From IMG/VR virus record IMGVR_UViG_3300021963_000002, positions 6,686 through 70,685 of that record: a stretch of 64,000 bases of DNA. The stretch is one strand, 5' to 3'. Below are positions 45,079 to 54,051 of the stretch, one piece after another. The stretch's first letter is position 1. The number at the start of each line of letters is the position of its first letter. The notes below the pieces were generated by a model. That model saw only the letters and a list, made by a program, of their open reading frames with translations. It did not search any database and was not told the DNA's origin. The position numbers were made by a program, and so were the translations under genes. Origin of the DNA: a virus.

Positions 45079-46151
45079 CAATACTTCCGTTTCTTGTAGG
45101 AATCCATGATCTTGCTGAGTCGATCACGGACGTATGTCGTGTTCTGTGTGATGTCCTTCTTGTAGAACGAGCCGAGGTCTCTGCGGCGGCGGTATCCAGG
45201 CTCGTACTTGCGGCGAAGGCGCTCCACACTCAGGTTGTGGGTTCGCATCCCGCTGTTGAGGGAGGCACGGGTTGCCTTGCCCGCTTTGAACATCGCCTCA
45301 CCAACTGCCATGGCGCGGTTGACCTCGGCGTTGGCAGCTTTCTTGATTGCCTGCTCAGCGGAGACGTTGGCGCGGCGAGCTGTTTCCGCCAACCGCTGTG
45401 TCTTGGAGGGTGGGCGCATGTTGCTCAGCGCCTCCCCCGAGAAGTTCATCTTCTTTTTGTTGGTGGCAATGGCTTCAGCCACGCTCACCAGCGCCTTGTT
45501 CCCTGCGCGCCGAGCAGCACCCGGGGAGGACAGGATCGCTCTGCGGGATCCCTTGTTCAGAAGTGCTCCGCCGAGGGCTACCCCGCCTGCCACCGCAGCC
45601 GCTTTGGCCACGGTGCTACCTAGAGAGCCCTTGGTGCAACGCCGGTTGTCGGGAATGCCGGATGCGCCGCACTTTTTGTCTGTACGGTCCTCGGCGTCGT
45701 AATTCAGGCCGGGGACCCGTCCGCCCTTGGCCTGCTTGTGATGCCGCATCTTGAAGTAGCGGTTTTTCCCCAGCTCCAGGGCGAACTGGAGATCCCTGCC
45801 ATAACCCTTGGCTACGTACTGGAGATTTTTGCCAGCTCCCTTACTCGTGGCGATCACGTTTGCCACGTTGTTCATGGCCCCGGCTTTGTTACCCCGAGCC
45901 AGGTTTCCTGCTGCAAAGCCTGCCTGTGCGACTGGCTCAATGACACTGCGAGCAGCACTCCTCATACCCTCTCGCTTGTGCAGGAACGCTGTACCGACCA
46001 GACCCAGGCCAGCTGCTCCGGCCACAGCGGCGGCAGCTTTCACTGGCTTGTTCCAGGAAGCACGGCACTTATGGGATTTCGGGATGCAGGCGTTACCGCA
46101 CTGCTTCGAGCCTGGGCCGCAGTTCAGTTTTTTGTCTTCGCGGATGCTCAC
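45078..46151 (-). CDS. Basic Cys-motif repeat protein (putative internal head polyprotein)
   Basis: CGNACIPKSHKC and DKKCGASGIPDNRRCTKG each followed by an Ala/Gly hydrophobic segment and basic tail. Confidence 0.7.
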   Translation of the reverse strand: MSIREDKKLNCGPGSKQCGNACIPKSHKCRASWNKPVKAAAAVAGAAGLGLVGTAFLHKREGMRSAARSVIEPVAQAGFAAGNLARGNKAGAMNNVANVIATSKGAGKNLQYVAKGYGRDLQFALELGKNRYFKMRHHKQAKGGRVPGLNYDAEDRTDKKCGASGIPDNRRCTKGSLGSTVAKAAAVAGGVALGGALLNKGSRRAILSSPGAARRAGNKALVSVAEAIATNKKKMNFSGEALSNMRPPSKTQRLAETARRANVSAEQAIKKAANAEVNRAMAVGEAMFKAGKATRASLNSGMRTHNLSVERLRRKYEPGYRRRRDLGSFYKKDITQNTTYVRDRLSKIMDSYKKRKY

Positions 46152-47089
46152 TTGCGGGGCATGCGGCGGACACCCGAGGCACGCTCGCGAGCTTGCCAGT
46201 ACAGATCTTTCAGCGGGGGAACACCGTTGCTTCCAGCACGCTTGTATCCCTTCGCAGCTTCACCTCCGAGATAGGAGGCAAGACCTGCGGCATTGCCGAG
46301 CGCTTGACGCTTGAAGCCCCGACCGATGTTGCCAGAGGCAAAAGCGTTCGCTCCGCTCAGGTTGCCTGCAGCTTGAGCTGCTGACCCGAGAGCTTTGCCG
46401 TACTGGCCTTTGGCGAGGGCTTCGCCGGCTTGCACAGCGTTACCTACGCCGGAAACAGCAGCCATCGTGCCCAAGTAGGTGCCGAGCATGCGCCGGCCCG
46501 TACCCATCTTTTTCTGCTTCGCGGTCTGCTTCTTGGCGGCGGCGAGGGCTTGCGACTTCACATCACCGCCTTTGCTCTTCCCTGCACCAGCAGTGCCTTT
46601 GGTGCACTTCTTGTTGTCTGCGATGCCAGAGGCGCCGCACTTCTTGTCATCACGCTCCTCCTCTCCCTCTTCGTCAGGACCAGGGGAGGAGATCTTCTCG
46701 ACTTCCATCGAGTCGGCTTTCATGCCGGTCAGGACAGCATCCAGCTCGCGGGCGAAGGCGTCTTCCTTGTAGCCGCAGCCATCGGCATACGGGGACTTCT
46801 TCATCCCCATGTCTTTTTTGCTGCACTTGCAGGAACCTTTGTTGCCGTCCTGGCAATCGCAGCCCTTTTTCATCTTGTCGTATTTGGCGCGCATGCCCAT
46901 GTCCTTTTTCTCTTCTGGTTTTGCAGTTTTAGCTGCGGCTTTGAAGTCAGCTGCGCTAGGGGCGCCTTTCTGACCGGGTTTACGCATCTTTTCACCCGAC
47001 CCAGCCTTGATTCGCTCGCGCTTCGCCCGAATGTTCTCATAGAGACCAGGCTTATCCTTGTCGGCACGGCCGAGGCGAGTGTCCTTCAT
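46148..47089 (-). CDS. Basic Cys-motif repeat protein (putative internal head polyprotein)
   Basis: GLYENIRAKRERIKAGSGEKMRKPG module; DKKCGASGIADNKKCTKG. Confidence 0.7.
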   Translation of the reverse strand: MKDTRLGRADKDKPGLYENIRAKRERIKAGSGEKMRKPGQKGAPSAADFKAAAKTAKPEEKKDMGMRAKYDKMKKGCDCQDGNKGSCKCSKKDMGMKKSPYADGCGYKEDAFARELDAVLTGMKADSMEVEKISSPGPDEEGEEERDDKKCGASGIADNKKCTKGTAGAGKSKGGDVKSQALAAAKKQTAKQKKMGTGRRMLGTYLGTMAAVSGVGNAVQAGEALAKGQYGKALGSAAQAAGNLSGANAFASGNIGRGFKRQALGNAAGLASYLGGEAAKGYKRAGSNGVPPLKDLYWQARERASGVRRMPRK

Positions 47090-47946
47090 GTTTCCCGCGT
47101 TGGGAGTGGGGCTAAGTCTTCAAATGTGGAGGGACCGTAGCTCAAGTCCACACCCTTTCCTCTAGCGTAACGCAGCACTTCTTCCCTGTGTTTACGCCGC
47201 ATCTTGTCGTATGCAGGGTCGATATCTGTGGTGTTCTCGCTATACGGAGCCAGGTAGCACCTGCACCTCGGATGTCGAGGTACTCGGATGGCGTTGCGCT
47301 TGAAAACATTCCCTGCATGGGCTGTGCAGTAAGGGCAGGAGCGGTCGTCGCTTGTGGCGTAGTACATCACAAGGTCAATGCCGTTTTGCGTGTAATACGC
47401 ATTGGCCGCGTCGTTGTGAGCTCTTAGGGATTCGGTTCTTACAATGACCTCAGCCCGGGACTTGGTGACTTTTAGTCTCCTCTGCAGATCTTTGGTCATC
47501 TCTTCTGTCGGCCTTCCCTCTGCAATGCCCTGCGCTAAAACTTCAGCGGCTGCGGTTGAAAATGTTGTTCCATGTCTTTCTAGGTACCCTCGCGCTGTCC
47601 TCGCTGCTGCTATCACTGCTTCTGCTGGGACGGTTACACCAACTTGAGAACTTGTTACAGACTTCGATAGCTGTGCAGCTAAATCTAGGCCAAACCCTGT
47701 TGACCGAGATAACAGGCGTTGAAACGCAGATAAGTATTCGTCAGCCTGGTCAGGAACAAGAGGAGGAATTAGCTCCAAAACGCGAGCGTTTCTCTCTGCT
47801 GTCTGAAATTGACCGCTTCGTAACTGACCGTAGGTACGGCGAAGAAGACGATTGAATGCTCGGTCAAGCGAGCGGTTTACGATTTCAATCACCTGCTGCT
47901 CCTCTTTTTTGAGGGCAGTGTTGAAGGACTCAATCAGATCGTCCAC
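47086..47946 (-). CDS. Mu gpF / SPP1 gp7-like minor head protein
   Basis: RAEVIVRTE, D.RSC..C, P.HPRCRC. Confidence 0.9.
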   Translation of the reverse strand: MDDLIESFNTALKKEEQQVIEIVNRSLDRAFNRLLRRTYGQLRSGQFQTAERNARVLELIPPLVPDQADEYLSAFQRLLSRSTGFGLDLAAQLSKSVTSSQVGVTVPAEAVIAAARTARGYLERHGTTFSTAAAEVLAQGIAEGRPTEEMTKDLQRRLKVTKSRAEVIVRTESLRAHNDAANAYYTQNGIDLVMYYATSDDRSCPYCTAHAGNVFKRNAIRVPRHPRCRCYLAPYSENTTDIDPAYDKMRRKHREEVLRYARGKGVDLSYGPSTFEDLAPLPTRET

Positions 47947-47947
47947 T

Positions 47948-50215
47948 TCAGAAGTCTGCTGCGTTCATAGTTAGGCCGCCGTCCCCGTCGTCCTGAAAGC
48001 CCCACCGCTTGTAGATCCTGTTTCGGGCTTTCTCGGAACCGTCACCCACCGCTCCCTCAGCGAACAGTGTTGAGCCTTTTGGCATGTGGGATGCCTGATC
48101 CTTGATCATGGCTCGCGCTGTGTTGAAGATTCGGCGAGCTTCGGTGGCGGATCTTGGGGTTTCTCTTGTCAGGCTGCTGTTGACCGTGAAGGTAACGGTC
48201 CACTCGTTGGCGCGGCCTTGGCTCTTTTCGGATCGGGCTTCGATCACGTCCCTTCCAACGCTGCCGATGCTGATGAATTCCTCGCCTTTCTTGAAGCGGC
48301 CTGTCACGAAGCCCTGTCTGGCGTTAATGCCCAAGACCTCAATCGGTGATGAGGCGTGATTGGCCATGACACCTAGAACGGTCTTTGTGGTGCCTACTGC
48401 TTTGTCCGCTTGAGCCCTGAGGGATTCGGGGACTTTCATGCGGGCTTCTTCGTACGCCTGTCGGCCCGTCTTCCCGGCCAGAGCTCTCTCAGCGGACAAA
48501 ACAGCTTTTGTCAGCGCGGATTGGGCTTCTTTTCGTTTGACGAACAGGGCAACCGCAGCAGCTCCGGTGGCAGCCAGGGCGGCTTTGCCTGCAACACCTG
48601 ATCCCTTCGAGCACTTCTTGGCCCTGGGGATGTGGCTCTCACCGCAGGGCTTTCCCAGGCGCTGCTCTCCTGCGGCGTCCCACTTGGCCCGGTTGGCCCA
48701 GTAGGCGGCGCTCATCTTGCCCTTGGCGATGTTCTTCGCGTGACGTTCCTTCCACGCCAAACGACGGGCGCGATATGCCTCGGATTCCCCTTCCTTCGGC
48801 GGGCTGCCCTGAACGCCCTGTTGACCGAAGCGGATCAGCTTGACCGTCTCCCCTTCCTTTGCGAGTACCGCGTGGGACTTGGTCGGGTGGTTGGGTGTGC
48901 GCTTTGGCTGGTTGTAGTCGGAGAAGGTTTCGCCGTGATGCTCCACCTCATCACCTGTGCGGCGGCGGGGCTGGGCTCCCAACTTGCCCTGACCTTTTTC
49001 CCGCATCCGGCGGAGTGACTCGACTTCGGTTGCTGTCATGCGGCGGCCTTTGGATGCCACCCAAGGACCCTTAGCTCCCTGAGTGGCTTGCGTCTTTCCC
49101 AGGCCGGTCTTGCTCGCTTGCCGTAGGGCAACAGCACCACCTGCGAGCAGGGCAGCCGTTGCCGCTGCCTTGGCTACCTGGCGACCTCGTCCAGTGCCCT
49201 TGGTGCATTTTTTGTTGGCGGCGATGCCGGACTGGCCGCACTTCTTGTCGGTGCGTTCGTCAGCAGAGTCCAGGCCGAACCGCTCTTGCCAACTACGGCG
49301 GTCTGGTTTCGGACCTCTTTTCCCCTGGGGCTTGAGGTTGCTTGTCTGGCGGCGACCGCGACGGAATTCAGCGTTCCGCTCCTCCACCGTCTTCATCACC
49401 TTCGCGGCGGTGTTGTAGTTGCCGGTGAGAAGGCCCTCCATCTTCTGGGTGGCTTTTGTCAGGCTGGCAATCCTGCGAGTCGTCACCGACCTCTCGGCTT
49501 CCCGACGTTGGATGTCTCCGTTGATGCGGCGGATGGTTGTGTCGAGGGACCGGAGGCTGCGGCGCTGGGCTGTCGTACCTCCGTTGCTCATCCTGGTCAT
49601 CAAGCTGGAGCGCTCTCGCTCGTAGGTCCCGAGCTTGTCGCGCAGTCCACTGATCCGGCTCTGCATGCGCTGGCTGCGGATCTGCGTTTGGACCATGACG
49701 CCCCGCAGTTCTCTTAGTCGCTGAACACCTTTTCGGTTCTGGGCGAAGCTGGCGCCCATGTTGGCTCCGGCCTGAAACGCGCCCACGCCCAGATTCACGA
49801 CAGCAGCGGCACGTCCCGCACCGCCTGGCAGGTTGGAGAGTGCACCAGCCATTGGCGAGACAGTGCCAGCCCGGTTCGCCATCCTTCGAGTGGCCTGCGG
49901 ATTCCGGGATGCCAGATAGGCGGCACCGGCTGCTGCACCTCCTACACCTACTGCTCCAGCGATGGTTCTTAGGGCTGTATTCCGGCGTCGGCGGGCTCGT
50001 ACCCCTCTGAGCTTTGTCTTCTGCTCTTCTGTCAGCTGAACTGCATTGCCTCGGGTGGGAGGTGTCTCACCCTCCCCCTTGATCCGGCAGTTCCAGTTTT
50101 TAGGGATGCAGCGACCGCCGCAGGGCTTCCCCATGGCAGTGCATTTCCGCTGTGCTGCCACGTCACCACGGAGTGCGGCCAGGTACAGATCTTTCGCTTC
50201 GGCTCTCTTCGTCAC
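47948..50215 (-). CDS. Large basic multi-module protein (putative internal head polyprotein)
   Basis: Three Cys motifs; embedded KRTPNHPTKSH...SAAYWAN module; GNAT-like C-terminus (RNRIYKRWGF). Confidence 0.7.
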   Translation of the reverse strand: MTKRAEAKDLYLAALRGDVAAQRKCTAMGKPCGGRCIPKNWNCRIKGEGETPPTRGNAVQLTEEQKTKLRGVRARRRRNTALRTIAGAVGVGGAAAGAAYLASRNPQATRRMANRAGTVSPMAGALSNLPGGAGRAAAVVNLGVGAFQAGANMGASFAQNRKGVQRLRELRGVMVQTQIRSQRMQSRISGLRDKLGTYERERSSLMTRMSNGGTTAQRRSLRSLDTTIRRINGDIQRREAERSVTTRRIASLTKATQKMEGLLTGNYNTAAKVMKTVEERNAEFRRGRRQTSNLKPQGKRGPKPDRRSWQERFGLDSADERTDKKCGQSGIAANKKCTKGTGRGRQVAKAAATAALLAGGAVALRQASKTGLGKTQATQGAKGPWVASKGRRMTATEVESLRRMREKGQGKLGAQPRRRTGDEVEHHGETFSDYNQPKRTPNHPTKSHAVLAKEGETVKLIRFGQQGVQGSPPKEGESEAYRARRLAWKERHAKNIAKGKMSAAYWANRAKWDAAGEQRLGKPCGESHIPRAKKCSKGSGVAGKAALAATGAAAVALFVKRKEAQSALTKAVLSAERALAGKTGRQAYEEARMKVPESLRAQADKAVGTTKTVLGVMANHASSPIEVLGINARQGFVTGRFKKGEEFISIGSVGRDVIEARSEKSQGRANEWTVTFTVNSSLTRETPRSATEARRIFNTARAMIKDQASHMPKGSTLFAEGAVGDGSEKARNRIYKRWGFQDDGDGGLTMNAADF

Positions 50216-52020
50216 GGGTAGTCAAACATCGATGTTTTCAGGTGCTCGATATCGCTTTCTTCAATTTGAGTTAGACCCGTCTCCGTGCCAGGTGCGTAGG
50301 TTTGGAGCGCCTTATTCGCAGAGCGCGACGAGTAGAAGCCCAGCAGCAGGGGTCCTGCTTCCATTGTGCCGTCTTCCCGCACAAAGTGACCGCGATAAAT
50401 CTTCCTGTCGTTGAAGCGATTGCCCACCAGTACTACGTTTTCAGCATCTGAACGGTGACCCAGCTCATCCGCTAAAACACACATCCGATAGACCCCATTT
50501 GACGCATTGGCCAGCAGTGTTAGGCCGTGCATGTGGATCAGATCAGCAGAGTCAGTGTTGACTTGCTCCGGGGGCTGCTGCTCTTGAGGCGGGGGCTCAG
50601 GACTGAGCTGCTGCTCCAGAGCGGCTTGCTGACCGATATACCCCTGCACCATGGACTCCTGTTCCAGCTCCCGCTTGAGCTGCAGGGCCTGCTCCTCTTC
50701 TTCCAGGAGCACGACGTCCATGCTGTACTCGGTGCCGGAGAAGCGTGAACGGCGCACCTCATACGGCGTCAGCACACCCATGTCGACATAGATCTTGTCC
50801 GTGTCGGCGACCTGCTTTCTGAGCTCTGCCTTGTCCTTGTCGGACTCAGAGAAGTAGGGAGGGAAGTAGACGCTCCACTCCTCAGGCACCCGGCCCCGGG
50901 TGGGGCCTTGGGGCATCGAGAGGATGAGCTGGAAGAACTGGTTGAGCGGTTTGCGGAGGCTGTGCGTCTGGTAACGCTCGACTGACTGCGCCCAGCTCTT
51001 GTCTTCGTACTTCCCAGACTCGGAAAGACCGCCTGCAGGTGAAGTGCCGAACAGCAGAGTTTTAGGCATGTCGGCGGCTGCGACAAGGTCGTCGAGAAGC
51101 CGGTCGAACAGGTCCTGGGCACCAGACAAGCTGCGGGAGGCAAAGCTCACTTCTTCCTCCGTGTCCAGCGCCATCCCGCCGTAGAGAGATCTGGCCAGCG
51201 CGTTGGCTTCCAGGCGGGCACGGAGTGCGGACTCCTTACCGGAGGTCACCTTGCTCGCCAGACCAGGGATCTTGTGGACGAATAGGTCCATCTCATTGAG
51301 CATGGTCGCCATGCCGTCGGTGGCGCCTCGGTAGCGCTTCCACACCTCGTAGAAGGGTTGGAGGTACGACATCCCCCAGCCTTCATTGATTAGCCGTTGC
51401 CGCCAGGGAAGGAAGAGTCCGTCGAAGCGCAGGACCCTGGAGCTGTGGACGAGCAGGTATTGGAGGTCGTTCTCCTGGTAGACCGACTTGCTGGTCGAGA
51501 TTCGGTAGAACTCTGGGTTGCGGTAGTTGAGGTAGTTGTAGTCGTTGGGCGTAATTTCACGTCTTGAGAGGGGGACGAGATCTGCAATGCCCCGTACAAG
51601 CTCAGGCCGAACAGGCTGATTAGGCTCCAGCCCATCATCGAGCACCATAAAGAGTGCAGAGCCTCCATAGAGTCGCTGCAGCTTGAGGGCTTCTTCGACG
51701 TAGTCAAAAAAGTCGAGGTCTTCTAGATAGTTCTCAAACGACTTTAGGGTTCCTTCGTAGTCGTCTGTCTCTTCGCTGACCTTGATGGTCGGCTGCTCAG
51801 TGACAGCAGCTTCGGCGTAAATATCAATGACGCGGCGGCACAGCGGGTCGTAGTACAGCGCCTCTAGCTCCTGCTCAGCCAGCAGTTTCGGGGTGCGGAT
51901 GGCGTAGTACTCGCTCTTATCCTTCGCTGTACCCAGTCCGGTGATGGCGTTGATGAGCACGCCGTCATTCCGGATCTCGGAATCCAGTCTGATTTCAGGA
52001 GTTTCAGAAGTTTCCGACAA
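50212..52020 (-). CDS. Portal protein (DUF1073 family) with C-terminal extension
   Basis: N.ITGLGT.KDK, RLYGGS, VH.SRVLRF, WG.S.L, P.T.LFG.SP.G; TTG start uncertain. Confidence 0.88.
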   Translation of the reverse strand: MSETSETPEIRLDSEIRNDGVLINAITGLGTAKDKSEYYAIRTPKLLAEQELEALYYDPLCRRVIDIYAEAAVTEQPTIKVSEETDDYEGTLKSFENYLEDLDFFDYVEEALKLQRLYGGSALFMVLDDGLEPNQPVRPELVRGIADLVPLSRREITPNDYNYLNYRNPEFYRISTSKSVYQENDLQYLLVHSSRVLRFDGLFLPWRQRLINEGWGMSYLQPFYEVWKRYRGATDGMATMLNEMDLFVHKIPGLASKVTSGKESALRARLEANALARSLYGGMALDTEEEVSFASRSLSGAQDLFDRLLDDLVAAADMPKTLLFGTSPAGGLSESGKYEDKSWAQSVERYQTHSLRKPLNQFFQLILSMPQGPTRGRVPEEWSVYFPPYFSESDKDKAELRKQVADTDKIYVDMGVLTPYEVRRSRFSGTEYSMDVVLLEEEEQALQLKRELEQESMVQGYIGQQAALEQQLSPEPPPQEQQPPEQVNTDSADLIHMHGLTLLANASNGVYRMCVLADELGHRSDAENVVLVGNRFNDRKIYRGHFVREDGTMEAGPLLLGFYSSRSANKALQTYAPGTETGLTQIEESDIEHLKTSMFDYP

Positions 52021-52059
52021 AGTTTCGGCGCAAACTCTTTAACTCCAGACTAACTAACC

Positions 52060-52419
52060 TCAAACTTTCTCGTCGGGCGGCATTCCGTAGCTGACGCCGG
52101 TCTTGAACGCGGTTTTCAGCCACTCGTGCATCAGTCTTTCCCTTGTTTTGAGGTCAGGTTCCTGCACATCGCCGTAGAAGTACTCGCATAGGAACGTCCA
52201 GGGTCCTGAGTTTGAGGTGAACCAATCCTGAAAGAGTTCTTCTGCCCAGATCTCGTCAAGAAGCTTTGCTGCTCGCTCTTCCTCGGCGGCGCACTGTTGG
52301 TATCCCCATGCAGCTGCCAGAGCTGCGAGCTTATTGGGATCTGGTGGCCGGTTTGGAAGAGGCTTGGCGAGTTCTATCCAGTCCTCTATCAGTTCGGCTG
52401 GTGGTTCTGGGTAGTTCAT
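52060..52419 (-). CDS. Hypothetical protein (PP.EL..W...AA.WG family)
   Basis: ORF in terL-portal insert. Confidence 0.6.
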   Translation of the reverse strand: MNYPEPPAELIEDWIELAKPLPNRPPDPNKLAALAAAWGYQQCAAEEERAAKLLDEIWAEELFQDWFTSNSGPWTFLCEYFYGDVQEPDLKTRERLMHEWLKTAFKTGVSYGMPPDEKV

Positions 52420-52431
52420 AAGTGGATCCGG

Positions 52432-52773
52432 CTACAGGGCTTCAAGCTCGTCAGCGATCAGCATCAGCTGGCATAAGACGAAGACAGCCCCATCGCTGTC
52501 GTCAATAACAAGATCAGCGCAATACAGGTCTTCTATCTGCTCTGCAGCAGCGCGCAGGCCGGCGGCAAGGTTGTTGATACTCAGATGCGTGGACCGGTAC
52601 GCCCTCAAGACAGCCTCAGTTGCCGGTGACAACGGTGGTCCAACGGCGTGCTCGCTCATCAGGATCAGCTGTTCGTGCTCCTCTTCGGTGAGATCGCTCT
52701 CGTAAGAGTCGTCAAGGATGTCAGGCATTTGAGATGTAGAGGAACTGTCTGGAAATTCCGGAATGTTTGACAC
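52432..52773 (-). CDS. Hypothetical protein (LSPA.EAVL...LRAAA...ADELE family)
   Basis: Paralogous with 52814..53059; start uncertain. Confidence 0.6.
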   Translation of the reverse strand: MSNIPEFPDSSSTSQMPDILDDSYESDLTEEEHEQLILMSEHAVGPPLSPATEAVLRAYRSTHLSINNLAAGLRAAAEQIEDLYCADLVIDDSDGAVFVLCQLMLIADELEAL

Positions 52774-52813
52774 GTCTGGTTAATGTGTAAGCCCGCCTTG
52801 CAAGCTGATCGGC

Positions 52814-53059
52814 CTAAAGAGCTTCGATTTCATCCGCCAAGGCGATCAAATCTTCTACTTCAATCATCAAGGCGTAGGAGTGCCCACCACAGGTTTCAAA
52901 CTCGTCATTTCTGAGATGGGTGGCAGCCGCACGGAGCGCAGCAGCAACGTCCTCTTGGATCTGCTCAAGTGATTGACCGCAGGCTTGATAAGGAACGTCC
53001 CAGCGCTTGAGCGTGACTGCGTTGAGCACGGCTTCTGCAGCGGATACTTGGTTAGTCAC
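52814..53059 (-). CDS. Hypothetical protein, paralogue of 52432..52773
   Basis: AAEAVL...AAALRAAA...ADEIEAL; GTGA overlap. Confidence 0.6.
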   Translation of the reverse strand: MTNQVSAAEAVLNAVTLKRWDVPYQACGQSLEQIQEDVAAALRAAATHLRNDEFETCGGHSYALMIEVEDLIALADEIEAL

Positions 53060-53331
53060 GAGCCCTGGCCGGCAGCACCCCGCAGGTATCCGGCTTGGAA
53101 AGCGAAGTCTGCCCACTCGATCATGGCGGACACTCTCGCGGATTCGTCTTCTAGGCAGGCGTCGTTATTCAAGGATTCAGATAGATCCTCAACTCCCTTG
53201 TAGAACCACTGCACGAACTCCTTGGCGACTTTGCGGTCGAGTTCTTGGCTGATGTCGATGGGGAGATCGCCGTTCGCTGCTGCCTTAAGGATCCGGGCTT
53301 GCAGGGCTGTGGTCGATTTGCTTCTGGTCAT
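53056..53331 (-). CDS. Hypothetical protein
   Basis: Coupled ORF. Confidence 0.6.
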   Translation of the reverse strand: MTRSKSTTALQARILKAAANGDLPIDISQELDRKVAKEFVQWFYKGVEDLSESLNNDACLEDESARVSAMIEWADFAFQAGYLRGAAGQGS

Positions 53332-53579
53332 TTCTTTTGGAGTTCTTGAACGAGGTATTCCCTCAGAGCCTTGTCCGAGGGCGTTGGGTTGGGCTTGAGA
53401 TCAATTTCCAGGATGCGAAGCTTGATCTGTCTGGTGTAGTAGTCCTCAAGCTGAGCCTTGACCTCCTGGGCCTTGGCGTAGCGGTTTTCGATTACTACCG
53501 TCCCACCTACTACAGCGGTGACGATGGTGATAGCGGCAGTGACGCCGGTCATCCAGTGCTCCCAGGAGAACGGCTTCAT
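53328..53579 (-). CDS. Small membrane-anchored protein
   Basis: N-terminal TM; ATGA overlaps. Confidence 0.6.
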   Translation of the reverse strand: MKPFSWEHWMTGVTAAITIVTAVVGGTVVIENRYAKAQEVKAQLEDYYTRQIKLRILEIDLKPNPTPSDKALREYLVQELQKK

Positions 53580-53791
53580 TTGTTTCTTCGGCAGTCGAGG
53601 AAGTAGTTCGACTCATTGCTGGCATCCATATACCGGACGACATCACAGTCCTGGTACTGGTCTACGACTTGGAACTTGGTTTCCGGGGTTGCGGCAGGAG
53701 GAAACACCGACAGCAGCAAAAGTGCCGCTGATCCAACGCCTGCAGCCGCGAGGACAAAGCTCCGATACTTTTCAAGCTCTTCTTCTGTCAT
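53576..53791 (-). CDS. Small membrane protein (FQVVDQY..CDVVRY..YFL.C family)
   Basis: TM segment plus Cys-containing domain resembling cyanophage proteins. Confidence 0.65.
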   Translation of the reverse strand: MTEEELEKYRSFVLAAAGVGSAALLLLSVFPPAATPETKFQVVDQYQDCDVVRYMDASNESNYFLDCRRNK

Positions 53792-53823
53792 GGGAAGATT
53801 TGCTGCGTGTTTTTCATACCCCT

Positions 53824-54051
53824 TTATGGGGTGTCGTCACTCACGACGGGGGTGGAACCGAAGAGCTTGTCGTGGGCCGTGCGGAACCAGATGGACTGCT
53901 GCAGGAAGCGGTCTTCCTCCTCCACTAAGACTTCCTTGAGGTCCTTGAGGAAGGTCACAATCTCACCCTCATCGAGGTACTCGGTAACGGCACCGCGGAG
54001 GAGACGTTTGTGGTGGGTGTCGTTGTCTGTGCTGAATGCTGGGATGGCCAT
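53824..54051 (-). CDS. Hypothetical protein
   Basis: TGATG-coupled to terL. Confidence 0.6.
   Translation of the reverse strand: MAIPAFSTDNDTHHKRLLRGAVTEYLDEGEIVTFLKDLKEVLVEEEDRFLQQSIWFRTAHDKLFGSTPVVSDDTP

Noticed and set aside
50212-52020. Anti-CBASS Acb1 annotation sometimes attached to DUF1073 proteins
   Set aside because: No paired HxT/S 2H-phosphoesterase motifs evident; position and motifs indicate portal
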